Shown here in pieces: positions 1 to 12,663 of a DNA stretch of 64,000 nucleotides. Position 1 is the stretch's first letter. Each line of letters opens with the position of its first letter. Source of the stretch: Eledone cirrhosa. Lineage: Eukaryota. The notes under the pieces are model-generated. The model saw only the letters and a list, made by a program, of their open reading frames with translations, had not been told where the DNA came from and did not search any database. A program made the position numbers and the translations under genes. Where the stretch lies: assembly GCA_964016885.1 (NCBI GenBank), contig OZ024749.1:50778001-50842000 (forward strand). Direction: 5' to 3'.

Positions 1-42
1 TCATAAGATAAAGAAAGAAGAAAAAAATATACTTATATATAC

Positions 43-95
<53 letters not shown>

Positions 96-420
96 TAGAT
101 ATAGATATATATATAGAAAGATAGAGACGTCGCATTTACGATTCAAACGGGAAAATCTGATGTTAACCGAATCACAAAAGATTTCTCCAGAATCGAATCA
201 GATATAGCTTGAATGGTGACGCTATGAGGCAAGAAAATGATGCAGAATTCTATAAAACGTTTTATCCAACGTTGGGAAAGCTAAAATTGTCAGTAACACA
301 TGCATTAATTTTCGGACTGTCAATAATCATTATATTCAACCTAAAGTGTCTTTGTCTGGATTTTCTTTATATCTGCTGTCCATTTTTCAAGATTTCATTG
401 GTTCCAAATTTGGACACAAA

Positions 421-581
421 GACGCACTCTTGCACACGCACACTCATACACACACACCCACACTAATATATACACACACATACACACAGACAGACAGAGA
501 TAAAGAGAGAGAGAGAGAGAGAGAGAGAGGGGAGAGAGAGAGAGAGAGAGAGAGAGAGACGCACTCTTACAGACGCACACT

Positions 582-615
<34 letters not shown>

Positions 616-675
616 TATATACACACACATACACACAGACAGACAGAGATAAAGAGAGAGAGAGAGAGAGAGTGA

Positions 676-741
<66 letters not shown>
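421..741 (+). repeat. Local tandem duplication of a CA/GA compound microsatellite unit (~138 bp period)
   Basis: gacgcactctt...cacactaatatatacacacacatacacacagacagacagagataaaga(ga)n starts at 421 and again at ~559. Confidence 0.85.
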
Positions 742-749
<8 letters not shown>

Positions 750-948
750 GACATAGTCGTGCATACATCAGTGAAACGTATGTACATATACATTCTATAT
801 CATGAACATCCATTTTATATATACGTTTATATATGTAAGCATTTATATTATATAATGTATGATATATATAATTATGTATAAATTATGCATATAATATTTA
901 TATATATATATATATAGTAATAAGAAATTTGAAGACTAAAATATTTTA

Positions 949-1051
<103 letters not shown>

Positions 1052-1148
1052 TATACACGTCTTTCTGTGTGTGGCACACACACATATATATGCATATATA
1101 CAAATATGTGTGTGTATATATGTCTCTCTCTCTCTATATATATATATA

Positions 1149-1221
<73 letters not shown>

Positions 1222-1255
1222 TATATATATATATTATATATATATGTATTATATA

Positions 1256-1321
<66 letters not shown>

Positions 1322-1523
1322 ATAATAATACACGGACAAATTTTAAATTTTAAATTTTAAATTTGTTTCGCAACAATTAATTGAATGTTCCTACAAGCAA
1401 GCCGTATTATTTTAATTAGTATTTTTCAATCTAGCTAACTTGGTCATTTGCAATGCGAACACATGTATACTTGTATCAGTGTTTATCCCTATCATATATT
1501 CATTTGTATATATATATATATAT

Positions 1524-2129
1524 GGTGGCTGCCAACTCGTTTTCGAGTACGGCCACTACTTTATATACATGTAGGAGAACACCTACCGATGCGCTGAACG
1601 AGTGTGACTTTTTAGTCCAGCCAGCGACTTGAAAACTCTGGTACAAACACTACACTTGTGACAATTATTGACACATAGTGCTGGGCCCATGGTACCATGT
1701 GACGACAAGTGCAGAGAGATCTCCAGATATAAAGCAATACCTGTGCCGTGAAGCTTTTATAGTGAGCAAAGGCACTGCACAAAGCCAGTCCCACTCTCTT
1801 AACCAAGATGATATTTACCAAAAAGAAGAACAAGTCAACATCATTGGATACCATTAGGGTTGTAGGTGTTATATCAGAGTTTTCCTTCTCCTAGAATTCT
1901 GCCTTGACAAAGGCTAAGGGATCATCTCTCCCAGTGATATTGGATGGAAATTGACTCTTAAGAGCACCTTTGCCCTTTGACAGGTTTTATTTTTAGCCCT
2001 GCAGGATGTCCAAAGTCACCCTCCTCACCAAGAAACCTTGGTGGGGTTGCTAGTTTAGTCGCCAACGACCCGATCATGGTACAGGTTGTACTGGGATACA
2101 TGTTACCAGTAGCACCAACAGGTCACCAG

Positions 2130-2131
<2 letters not shown>
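1524..2131 (-). mobile_element. Non-autonomous, internally deleted RTE-clade element (RTE 5'UTR fused to ORF 3' end), longer copy
   Basis: Near-identical to the reverse complement of 54262-54701. Minus strand carries the RTE 5'UTR-type motif aggcagaattctaggagaaggaaaactctga and the zinc-finger-coding 3' end. Flanked by (TA)n. Confidence 0.75.
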
Positions 2132-2189
<58 letters not shown>

Positions 2190-2295
2190 CATTGTTGTAT
2201 AATTATTGAGGGTATATATATAAAATATAGAAACATAAGAGATAAAGAGACGACTATAGGAAGAGATATAAGAAACATATATATAAAATACACTT

Positions 2296-2377
<82 letters not shown>

Positions 2378-2391
2378 TATACTTACATACA

Positions 2392-2422
<31 letters not shown>

Positions 2423-2801
2423 CATACATACATACATACATACATACATACATACATACATTGCATGCAATTATAAATACATGCACCCATACACATATTC
2501 ATTCGGTCATACATATAAATATTCATACGTATATACGTACAAACATATATATAGGTTCTGCTATTGATATTGATATACGTCATATTTTCATCGTTATTTA
2601 AATTTCATATATTTTTTTTTTTTCCCCAAATTTCTGTTTCAACGATCGTCTATCTATATTAATTTTGATATTATTAAGCAGTCTTATATTTCTAAAGTTA
2701 CTTGTTCAGCGACTATTAAATGAATGAAAAGTACGTTCGCCAATACATATATTCGCGGATTTCGACGTAGACGTGTATTGTAATATCAACACTATAATAA
2801 A

Positions 2802-2988
2802 GACGGTGGATTGGCAGTATCAGTAGAGAGACGGACGCCATGGTTTTCATCAAAGAGTTACGGCCCTTTATGGTCTGAGTTCAAATCCCGCCGAGGTTAA
2901 CTTTGCATTTCATCCTTACGGGGTCGATAAAATAAAGTACCAGTAATACACTGATATAATTGCTGGCCTTGTGCCAAAAGAAGAAACA
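2802..2988 (+). mobile_element. tRNA-derived Meta-domain SINE, full length, with TSD
   Basis: A-box-like tggcagtatcag, B-box gagttcaaatccc, core tttcatccttacggggtcgataaaataaagtaccag. TSD actataataaa at 2791-2801 and 2989-2999. Confidence 0.9.
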
Positions 2989-3104
2989 ACTATAATAAAT
3001 AAATAACTACACACTCTATCTTCATTGAATGTTTTGAAATTCAATCTCATTTAAAAATACGTACATAAACACAGACATACATAAACACACATGCACACAC
3101 GCTT

Positions 3105-3137
<33 letters not shown>

Positions 3138-3280
3138 CGTTATTCCGGGTTGAATCGGAGGTAACCACAGTAAGTAAGGTACTCAATACATAGCAGAGTA
3201 TATATATATATATATAAGTGTATCCCTGGTTCAATCGGGGGTAACCACAGCAAGTAAGGTACTCAATACATAACACAGTA
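3138..3280 (+). repeat. Two diverged tandem copies of a ~63-bp unit separated by (TA)n
   Basis: aatcggRggtaaccacagYaagtaaggtactcaatacata present twice. Confidence 0.75.
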
Positions 3281-3416
3281 TAAATATTTAATATAGAAAT
3301 GGCGTCTAAATGACTACAACTGTTAGAAGCAATTTCTATATTGAACGTATATATATATATATGTGTATATAGTGACGAAACATAAGTCAATTGCATGAAC
3401 TCATAATCCTTTATTT

Positions 3417-3472
3417 ACTGCTATATATATTTCGATGATAGCCATTGAATGGCTATGACCTCATCAGGCAGT
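3417..3472 (-). ncRNA. Minimal type-I hammerhead ribozyme (PLE-type), intact core
   Basis: Minus strand: ACUGC-CUGAUGA-GGUcAUAGCCA uucaa UGGCUAUcAUC-GAAA-UAUAUA-UA-GCAGU. 5-bp stem I, palindromic stem III, AUA cleavage triplet, AAUAAA immediately downstream. Confidence 0.85.
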
Positions 3473-3652
3473 TAGTCAGTTCTTAGATATGCCAGCTCTG
3501 TGTTTATAGTGTTGATGGTATCACAGCCTTGGGACATATGAGCTTGTTAGGAATAATTTAATGTTGTCAGCAGGAATAGTCTTGATTCTCATTGGTCAGT
3601 TTGTAGATGGCAGTAGGGTTGGTATTTGACCTCAAAGAGGCAGGTAGTTTTG

Positions 3653-3683
<31 letters not shown>

Positions 3684-3826
3684 ATTAGAATACTGGAGCG
3701 TGTTGGAGTTAAACACCCTCTTCGTATTATAGAAATGACAGTAAAAGGTATAGCTCAATGCAGTTAAACAGAGCCAAAAAATTAAGAGAGTAAAATAAAG
3801 AATCCTTTAATACATCAAAAGTTTTT

Positions 3827-3872
3827 ATTAGCCGACAATGTTTCGTCCTATTAAGGACTCATCAGGGCAATC
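3827..3872 (-). ncRNA. Minimal type-I hammerhead ribozyme (PLE-type), intact core
   Basis: Minus strand: AUUGCC-CUGAUGA-GUCCU uaau AGGAC-GAAAC auu GUC-GGCuAAU. GUC triplet, overlapping AAUAAA downstream. Confidence 0.88.
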
Positions 3873-4172
3873 AAAACAAGAAGTAATATCGGCAGATACA
3901 AGCCGGAAGCTCCGAAGAATATGGAGTGTACATACACTAAAGTCTTGCAAAAATATATAATAATAAAAATAAAAATAAAAATAATAAACATATATAATAA
4001 GAATAACTAAGGATGTATATAACATTAAGAACCATATTACAAATATAGTCCAAAGCAACTAACCTAAATCTAAACAAATGTGGTTATATAGAGCAGGAAT
4101 TATATATAACACAATGTAATATAATATAATGTATAACAGGAATATATATATATAACAAAGAATATATATATA

Positions 4173-4329
4173 TAACAAAGAAAGTGTGGTAAGAAAGCAG
4201 GTGGACCATAAAGCACCAGAGTACTTAGGGGAGTACAGTGGGTAATAGGAAAGGAGTCAGGAGTATGGCTTAGTTCGGATCTAGCTGTCGAAACGGCCGG
4301 AACTCAGCCGTCGGGGTCCTGACGCCTTT

Positions 4330-4333
<4 letters not shown>
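4173..4333. mobile_element. Family B inverted (PLE-like) element, asymmetric copy
   Basis: Left part is the reverse complement of the family B tail. Right part gctgtcgaaacggccggaactcagccgtcggggtcc matches 16441-16489. Embedded in (TA)n. Confidence 0.7.
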
Positions 4334-4377
<44 letters not shown>

Positions 4378-4425
4378 ATATATATATAAATATATATATA
4401 TATACATATATATATATTGTATGTA

Positions 4426-4648
4426 TAGAAGTGGTTACACAACAGTTAGTTCACCATACCGAGAGGAATTGTTTCACCTTAGCGGATCCTCAGCTCGTAA
4501 TGGTCCATTACGAACTGAGGATCCGCTAAGGTGAAACAATTGTTCTCGGTATGGTGAACTAACTGTTGTTTAACCACTTCTACCTAACTCATCCAATGGA
4601 CTGAGCGCTCTACCACTACGGATATTACCTTCCAGTGTTCCACCACTA
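4426..4648. mobile_element. Family A fold-back element: 78-bp arms centred on 4504 plus ~66-bp one-sided tail, hammerhead-like motif in each arm
   Basis: 4426-4503 is a near-perfect reverse complement of 4505-4582. Right arm reads ctgagga-tccgctaaggt-gaaa-caattg-tt-ctcg. Second copy at 12987-13214. Confidence 0.85.
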
Positions 4649-4658
4649 TGTATGTATG

Positions 4659-4761
<103 letters not shown>

Positions 4762-5199
4762 CTATCTATATACGTGTATATCGATATATATATATACAAA
4801 TGCGTGTATAGAGAGAGAGCGAGCGAGGGAGATGGAGATGATTCGCTGGTAGACAATATGAATATACATGGCTCTTCAGGATCCCTCGAGGCGAACATAC
4901 TTTTCATTCATTTAATTGTTATTTTTTTTTTCATTTATCCTTCGATCTTAGTGTATCACTCAACCTTTTAAGTATACTATATTGAAACTGTATAGATCAA
5001 CACAGACCTTCCAAAAGTGTTTATTGTCTGTATTTACTCTTTGTATTGGAAACATTTCTGATTGTTAGTATTTTTCAACGTGTAACTTCATCTTTCGTAA
5101 TGAAACTTTTTTTTTTTTAATTGTATCTTTTTATCTGGTCTGCTTCCAATCTCCCGATAGCAATGAACTTCTCTTGAAGTTCCAACTTACACAATATCT

Positions 5200-5274
<75 letters not shown>

Positions 5275-5303
5275 ATATGTGTGTATATATATATATATAA
5301 ATG

Positions 5304-5358
<55 letters not shown>

Positions 5359-8054
5359 ATGTATATATGTATATATGTATATATGTATATATAGAGAGTG
5401 GGAGAGAGATAGAGAGATTTAGATTTGTGTTATTGTTCCTGCTTTCTTTTGGTTTGTATTCAGTAAAGAAATGATATTTATTATATATAGTTTAAACCCT
5501 ACCGCCTTTAAACTTTGTCGATTACTGAGGTCAGATATATCGACTAAACACTCTATACAACATTCGAGTCTTTGTGCTTATGTTAGAGAGCTTCAGTGTT
5601 ATTTATCTTGTAAATAATATGAATTCAGTAGTTTCATTTAAATGTTTCTTTACGCTTCCAAATGCCCATGTGTTTTTCAAACGTGTTTACGCTACTGCGT
5701 TGCAAAGGAAAGATGGATTTTACATCCATTTTTCTGTGATCATGTCGTGTTTTCTTGTTCCTTTTCCTGTTATAATGCAATTACTATTCTTTGTTGTGAA
5801 ATATTTTACAGCATTAAGTGATATCTGTATGGAATATCTTAACAGGGAGCTGCGTTAGTAACCTAGGAGGGTGTTTCATACAACTTGTTCACTGTCTATT
5901 ATGCCTTTTTTTGGAGGTTTCATACAAAGTTGTCAAACCTTGTATGGGTTTTAATGTGTTTTGTTCGTGGTCTTTATCACATCCAGTGTACCAATTATTA
6001 CATGTTCCCTTTTTATCCTCACATACCATATCTTGTTTATTTCCATTTTGACGTCCACATACGTTGAAAGCTTTTCGACTTTGCGATGGTTTTTTGTTTT
6101 GTTTTTTGCCGATGTATCGCAATTCCTATAAGAATACATAGAAATATCTTTTCTTATGCTTTATTTCGATATCTTGTCGTGGATTTAGCTTATATATCCT
6201 TATATTCTGAGCTTATATATTACATTAGACGTATTGTCACGTACAGAGTCCGGTACGTGCTTATAAATCTTATTGTCAGTTTACATGGAGAGAGTGAATC
6301 TCCTTTAACCATTGTGCGGCTAATGGACATGCATTTCTATTTTATATATCTCTTTCTTCCTGAATCTGCAAAATACATTTTCCAAGTAATCATAGAATGA
6401 AGGAATGAAGGCTGCATCTGCTTCTTACAGAAGCTGACTTACCCACAGATAACTTACAGTTTTCCATAATCCAAGAATGTAAACTATTGTCAAAAGCCTT
6501 CTGGCGATCAATTCTGGTTATTCCCAAACAGTTCATTCGATATTCATCAGTAATGAACTAAATGTGTACTGTCATTGGATCCCCCTTTTCCTATACAAGA
6601 ACATTATTTTGTTTCAAGGGAGTCTACTAGATTTTATTTCACATTCTCCTGATATATATACAAATTTATTAAATTCAGTATCAAAATTCATTAAAACCAA
6701 AACAAATATTGCTTCAAGAATTATAACTCGATTGTACTGGGGGAAGAAGTTAGCCAGTCAAAAGGAAACTCAAAATTAAGAGAAAGAGAGAACATACACA
6801 CTACCCTTATATTGCTACGGATCAATATGGAAGAAAAGATTGTAGCTTAATAAAAGAGAAGTATATGTCTGTACTCTTTCATAGGTTTCAGTGATGGCAC
6901 GGTAGACATGCTAAATCGTGCTCTACAAAGTTTAGAACCGATTCCCTTGCTATCCCAGATTATATAAATTGTAAATTATTTTTAACGAGCTCAAAGCTGT
7001 TAAATATAACGTTGATCTTGGTTTAACTTGATCTCAGACCTTAACGGTGACTCACCATCATATATCGCCTATATATTTTATTCGTTGGTTTACTGTTTTT
7101 GTTAACCAGCAACATATTTAAAGAAATATGTTATCTTGTATTTTTATAGTTAAAGTTGTGGATGGCCATTCATCCGACAGAAATAAACAATAACGAAAAA
7201 AAAAATATATCACACTATATCTAAAGAAAACATAATATATCTTGGTATAACTGAGCTATAGAAAAGCAAATATAGCTTGCTACAAAAGTTTCCTTTATGC
7301 TATAGCACATAATTGTTCTGCTGTTTTTGCCTGGAGTAATTTGTTATACTGTAAAACTATCATTTCATTTTTAGTGTGAGAAATATAACGATGATACATT
7401 GTTCTACTCGCTGACTTTTGACAGATATGATAGATATAAATATGAGTCGCCGCAAAACTATGATTGCAAAACGATTCCTTTCATAATCATGTTTAGCTTT
7501 ATATCTGTTGCATTGGTGTTGCTTCATTAATGGCGGAATGGTTGGTACACAAGATGTTAATGAACATATCGTGTAGAATTAATTGTTGTATTTTCATTTG
7601 GTTTGGTTTTGTGCGGATGTGGTTCTTTTCTATGACCATTTATGGTGATCGTGGTGTTTTAAACGACACCAATGACGCAGCTCTATTGTTTTATAGAGAG
7701 TGGTTAGTTATAATATAGTTGTTTCTAAGCTAACTAATCATCTTGATCAAGTTTAAGTATATTTGACCAGTGCTAATCATTTCACGTTTAGCAGATGGAT
7801 GAAAATCTTTCTAGGTAGATGAAAATAATTTAACGCTTGTATCTGTTCCACTCTGAAGGATTCAATAGAACACTGTAAACCAACGAAATATGTTTCACTT
7901 CCACATTACTGTCACAGATTATAGTAACAGTTTGTAGCGACAGTAGTACGTTATACGTGCCAGAAGGCAACCTGTGAGTGATTTAGTCTTTGGAGTCTTT
8001 ACACTTCTTGTCCAAAAATACATTCACTCGACCAAACATCTTCAGTGTTAATTC

Positions 8055-8272
8055 CGAATCTATTTGGACAGGCTTCACTTACAGTGCACACCAGTACATT
8101 ACTGGTGCTTTATTTTTTTTATATTAATAATAATGATGATGATGATGATGATAATGATTATGATGATGACGACGACGACGATGTTGATGAAGATGATGAT
8201 GATGATGATGACGAAGATGATGATGAAGATGATGATGACGAAGATGATGATGATGATGATGATGATGATGAA
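8055..8272 (+). repeat. (GAT/GAC/GAA)n trinucleotide microsatellite (core ~8125-8272)
   Basis: Directly visible; source of poly-D/M/H ORFs. Confidence 0.9.
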
Positions 8273-8460
8273 GGAAAGAAGAGGGTATTAATTGTGCTTT
8301 AAGGGTAAAATGTATGATTGCATTTGTTAGCAATGTTTTAAAAGAGATATTGGTAACAAGTCAAGAAAAGTTTTGAATAAATATATAATGAACAAAGAAG
8401 AAGGCAGCATTTAGGTTGTGTGGAGAAGTTAGAACATCAAACCAAATGCCTTACAGCTTA

Positions 8461-9180
8461 GTTGTCCACAAATATATTTGATCATCACAGCGGGTAGTGA
8501 TACACAATTACATACTATGAAAACCTATCTACAACCTTTCATTTCTTAACACTACGATTTTTCTCCAGCATAGTCTCCCAGAAATATATTTGATCAAGTC
8601 AGTGAGTAGTGATAAAACAACATATGAAACCTACCTAAGACCTTTCATTTTTTAACACCATAATTTCTCTCAGCAGAGTCTCCCAGAAATATATTTGATC
8701 AAGTAAGCGAGTAGTGATAAAACAACATATGAAAGCTACCTAAGACCTTTCATTTTTTAACACCATAATTTCTTTCAGCAGAGTCGCCCAGAAATATATT
8801 TGATCAAGTCAGTGGGTAGTAATACAAAACTAAAGTAGTATGAAGACCTACCTAAGAGCTTTCATTTATTAACGGTAGCTACTATTTCTTTTTTCGTGAA
8901 AGTTGTCCACAAACGTATTTAATCTCAGTAGGACATGAGACAATAGTAAACGCTATGAAATCCTACCAAGAAGCTCTCTTCTACTAGCTTGTCTATAGAT
9001 ATTATTTATTGCCTTTCATCCTTACGGGGTCGATAAAATAAAGTACCAGTAATAGACTGTGTAATTGCTGGCCTTGTGCCAAAAGTAGAAACAATTATTT
9101 ATTCTTAGCAGGCATTGATATACAATTAAGGACTGTGAAAATCTACCAAGAACTTCTCAGTTGTTAACTCTACCAATACC
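8461..9180 (+). repeat. Minisatellite, ~105-112 bp unit, about 6 diverging copies
   Basis: aatatatttgatc recurs at 8471, 8583, 8688 and 8793; degenerate units follow, the last interrupted by a SINE. Confidence 0.85.
9011..9093 (+). mobile_element. 5'-truncated Meta-domain SINE with TSD
   Basis: Core and 3' end present; TSD attatttatt at 9001-9010 and 9094-9103. Confidence 0.9.
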
Positions 9181-9606
9181 TTCAGCATTGTCGTTAACAA
9201 AATTTGTGGTCTACTGTTTATATGAAGGAGTAGAGGTTATCAGTCGGTATCTGTCTATCAACCTACTTAGTTGACTCTACACAATTGAATGAAATGCAAG
9301 TAAATCTATACCACATGTCACCACCATGAATGAAACTTGAGGGTCGGTGTAGCTTATAGTCCTGGCTGATAGGATGGAGAAGACATTGCTTCACAAGATG
9401 GCCAGTGTGACGCTCTGGGATAGGCAACCCACCTCGCAGGGCTCACATTTGCTAATAGTCAACTCCGCTCCGATATCAGTGAGTTTTAGTCATTGGAATG
9501 AAATCATAAGGATGTTTTCATACGAATGAAACAGTTCTAGTCATGTAGACGTCTTTTCTATATAATATAAATATATATATGTACATATATGTATATATAT
9601 ATATAC

Positions 9607-9739
<133 letters not shown>

Positions 9740-10017
9740 ATAGGGTATGAGTATCGTAGGAGGGGAGGAGATAGAGAGATCCAACACCTACTGAATTAAA
9801 CCCACTCTGCCAAATCATCCCTTTAGCTGGTATATAGAATATATTCGAGGAGTGCTCTTCAACCTTTTCACCGTGCAGTTACCACCCTTGGGGATTATGC
9901 CCCTTTCACAGTCACCATTATTATTTTTACGATGCATGGAGAGGTATATCTACTGTGAATAGTTTCAACCAGATTGGACGGAATATTTATTGACAGACAT
10001 TGTATTAACAAACACAT

Positions 10018-10070
10018 TTCTCTGAAGAATCCGCATTATTCTTTAATTCGGGTGAAACATTATGTAAGAA
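10018..10070 (+). ncRNA. Minimal type-I hammerhead ribozyme, intact core, A-U closing pair of stem II
   Basis: UUCU-CUGAAGA-AUCCG(15-nt loop)CGGGU-GAAA-CAUUAUG-UA-AGAA; GUA triplet; ~55-nt tail runs into (TA)n. Confidence 0.75.
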
Positions 10071-10122
10071 TTGTATAAAGAACTTGTTATAACGGCTAGC
10101 AACTCCTTCATTTATTCACTTG

Positions 10123-10212
<90 letters not shown>

Positions 10213-10213
<1 letters not shown>

Positions 10214-10345
10214 TGGGGGGTTTCCGCAGTTTCCTTCTACCAAAGTTGATTCACTAGACAATTGCCAATTCAGATACTGAAGCCTAGAGTAGAAGGCGCT
10301 TGTTCAATATGTGTTCTGCTTTGTGATGGAACCCACAAACAGATT
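10213..10345 (-). mobile_element. Degenerate older SINE fragment
   Basis: cagtttccttctaccaaa...agtagaaggcgcttgttcaa resembles, from memory, the antisense of a common octopus tRNA-derived SINE. Confidence 0.4.
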
Positions 10346-10782
10346 TCTTTTACATTAACCCGAACATGCAAGTATATAAGTCCTTGCCTCTGTGCTGTCG
10401 ATCAAATTGTTAAAACATAGCACACAGATCTCCTTTTATATCACATCTTAAAAATTATTATGAAAGCACTATACACAATATATTTTTACATGCCCTTAAA
10501 AATAGGGGGGGTGTAAAGCATAGGGAAAAATAACATTAAAAATAACTCTACTCGATCAGAGCTTATCTATGGCTACACGACAACAACAGCCAAGTTGTCT
10601 GTACAGCTGAGTGGCAGTGTGTTTGTATATTCAAGGATGACGCTGGCATCATTTCAAAATCAGAATGTCCTAAGATAAATGAACATCGTATATGTCATCT
10701 AAATTTAACGGTGTGTCGTTTCTACAAATATACAACCTCTAAAAATACTCATTCAATATTAAACGTTAAAGTTGTTAATAAT

Positions 10783-11079
10783 GTTCCGCTGGAACGGGCT
10801 GAGGAGGCCAAACTCTTCAAATACCGGTCGCTCTCCGACAGGTGCGCGGTCGTGCCCTTGGCAGTGGAGACGTTTGGTGTCCTTGGCCCTAGGGCTACCT
10901 CCATATTCCCCACCATAGGCGCTGAGCTAGACAGCCGCAGGTGTGAGCTCCTGGAGTTGGAATGGCTCTTCCAGCGCATCTCCCTTACCATCATCCGGGG
11001 AAACGCCTTCTCCATCCTGTCCGCCGGGGCTGTGACGGGGCCAGCACGTGGGACGCCATTTGCTCAGCATACGGATTAA
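10783..11079 (+). mobile_element. 3' fragment of a CRE-clade non-LTR retrotransposon ORF (restriction-like endonuclease C-terminus)
   Basis: Abrupt GC-rich island translating AEEAKLFKYRSL...VPLAVETFGVLG...WLFQRISLTIIRGNAFSIL, matching the K..KY / P.avEt.G / qRis.ai.RGNa pattern of CRE elements. Confidence 0.8.
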
Positions 11080-11615
11080 TAGGCTTTGTTTGAAACCCTT
11101 TGAAATTCACACACACGTGCACTCAATATTTATAATGTATGGTAACGTATATTCATAATATCTAGTCGACATAAATTAATATTTTCAACAAGGAAACATA
11201 TTATTACTAATGTTATTTCTAACAGTGTTTTCAAGTTGCTGCGAGTAAATGTTAAATGTTACGATTATACCCGAAACTTTATCAATTATATACAGATAAA
11301 ACATTAGAAAATCTACAGAAAACAACCAAACCTAACAAGAAAACACGTTTTCAATATTAGTTTATATGAATGGTTGCAAGTAAGTCAGTCTTTGAAATTA
11401 GTAAATCCAAAACAAAAAAAAACAAAAATTCCCCCAAAAAACAAGAATTGTTATCAATAAATTATTGTGATTACTTCAAACTAAATCAAGAACCAAGTGC
11501 AATTTATTGATTTCAATGAATAATTGAACTTTGAAATACAATATCACCTGTCTGTCTTTAAGCAATGTCTATATGTCTAATAAAGTATTTCTGAATACAT
11601 CTATTGGGATATATT

Positions 11616-11675
<60 letters not shown>

Positions 11676-11712
11676 GGAGACACAGACATATTCACATACA
11701 TATAACTATATG

Positions 11713-11751
<39 letters not shown>

Positions 11752-11817
11752 TTATATGTATGTATATAAGTTTGTGTCTCCGTGTGTGTGTATATATATA
11801 TGTGTTTATATGTATGC

Positions 11818-11902
<85 letters not shown>

Positions 11903-11942
11903 CATATATATATATATATGTATATGTATATATATATATATG

Positions 11943-12005
<63 letters not shown>

Positions 12006-12305
12006 TATTGGAATAGAATGAAACGAAATTTCATTTCTCACTCTTATTACGGCACTTACTTAAATGTTTGTTAACACAATGTCTGTCAATAAATATTCCG
12101 TCCAATCTGGTTGAAACTATTCACAGTAGATATACATCTCCATACATCGTTCCTGTGTCAGTGTTGAACAAAAAGGTGACGTGGTTGCCTTAACACCGTA
12201 CGGCATAAATCAGGCTGTCCGTTTGTTTACAAACGAACAAAGCGAATGTTATAATAAATATTCGCAAAACTTATACGTACATATATATATGTGTGCCTGT
12301 ATGTA

Positions 12306-12360
<55 letters not shown>

Positions 12361-12401
12361 GCTACTCAATGGAACAAGATGTTAATACATTATCATCTAG
12401 A

Positions 12402-12535
12402 CTAGCTGTTGAAACGTCAAGAGCTCAGCCGTCCGGTCTCGACTCCTTATAATATAGTCATACTCTACTAACTCAAGTATCGATTACTCTGTTCAGTAAT
12501 GGTCTAACCACTTTCAAACTGGTTCTATCCTGACC
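12402..12535 (+). mobile_element. Diverged family B element
   Basis: ctagctgttgaaacgtcaagagctcagccgtc...actctactaactcaagtat resembles 16441-16520. Confidence 0.55.
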
Positions 12536-12600
12536 ATATATATATATATATATATTAATTCAAAATATTAACAAAATAGATATTCTTGTGATCAAGTATA

Positions 12601-12663
12601 TTTTATTATACATATTTCAGAGGTACTGATTTAAGTTCAACAGTACGTCCTCATCGGATAAAA
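12601..12663 (-). ncRNA. Decayed PLE-type hammerhead (CCGAUGA core)
   Basis: Minus strand: UUUUAU-CCGAUGA-GGAcGUACUG...CAGUACcUCU-GAAA-UAUGUA-UA-AUAAAA. Confidence 0.6.

Larger units (their letters stand above)
9929..12150. mobile_element. Pair of 86-bp inverted repeats 2.2 kb apart (candidate non-autonomous DNA transposon)
   Basis: 9929-10014 is the reverse complement of 12065-12150 with few mismatches. Confidence 0.6.

Noticed and set aside
2802-2900. SINE heads as functional tRNA genes
   Set aside because: A/B boxes are present but there is no cloverleaf, and they are embedded in a dispersed retroposon.
4835-4885. Further hammerhead fragments (also ~3372, 16180, 27310, 37685)
   Set aside because: Only half-motifs or three or more core changes; not distinguishable from background without paralog alignment.
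5560-6850. Penelope GIY-YIG / RT-thumb remnants (LRYIGK on minus, LDFISHSP on plus)
   Set aside because: Only isolated short motifs on opposite strands; could be chance.
8461-8960. CRISPR-like regular repeats
   Set aside because: Whole units are repeated with no unique spacers; eukaryotic minisatellite.
9395-9470. Possible HDV-like ribozyme (gctctg...cccacctcg...cagggc...ctaa)
   Set aside because: P1 can pair, but P3 and P2 cannot be formed in the required register.
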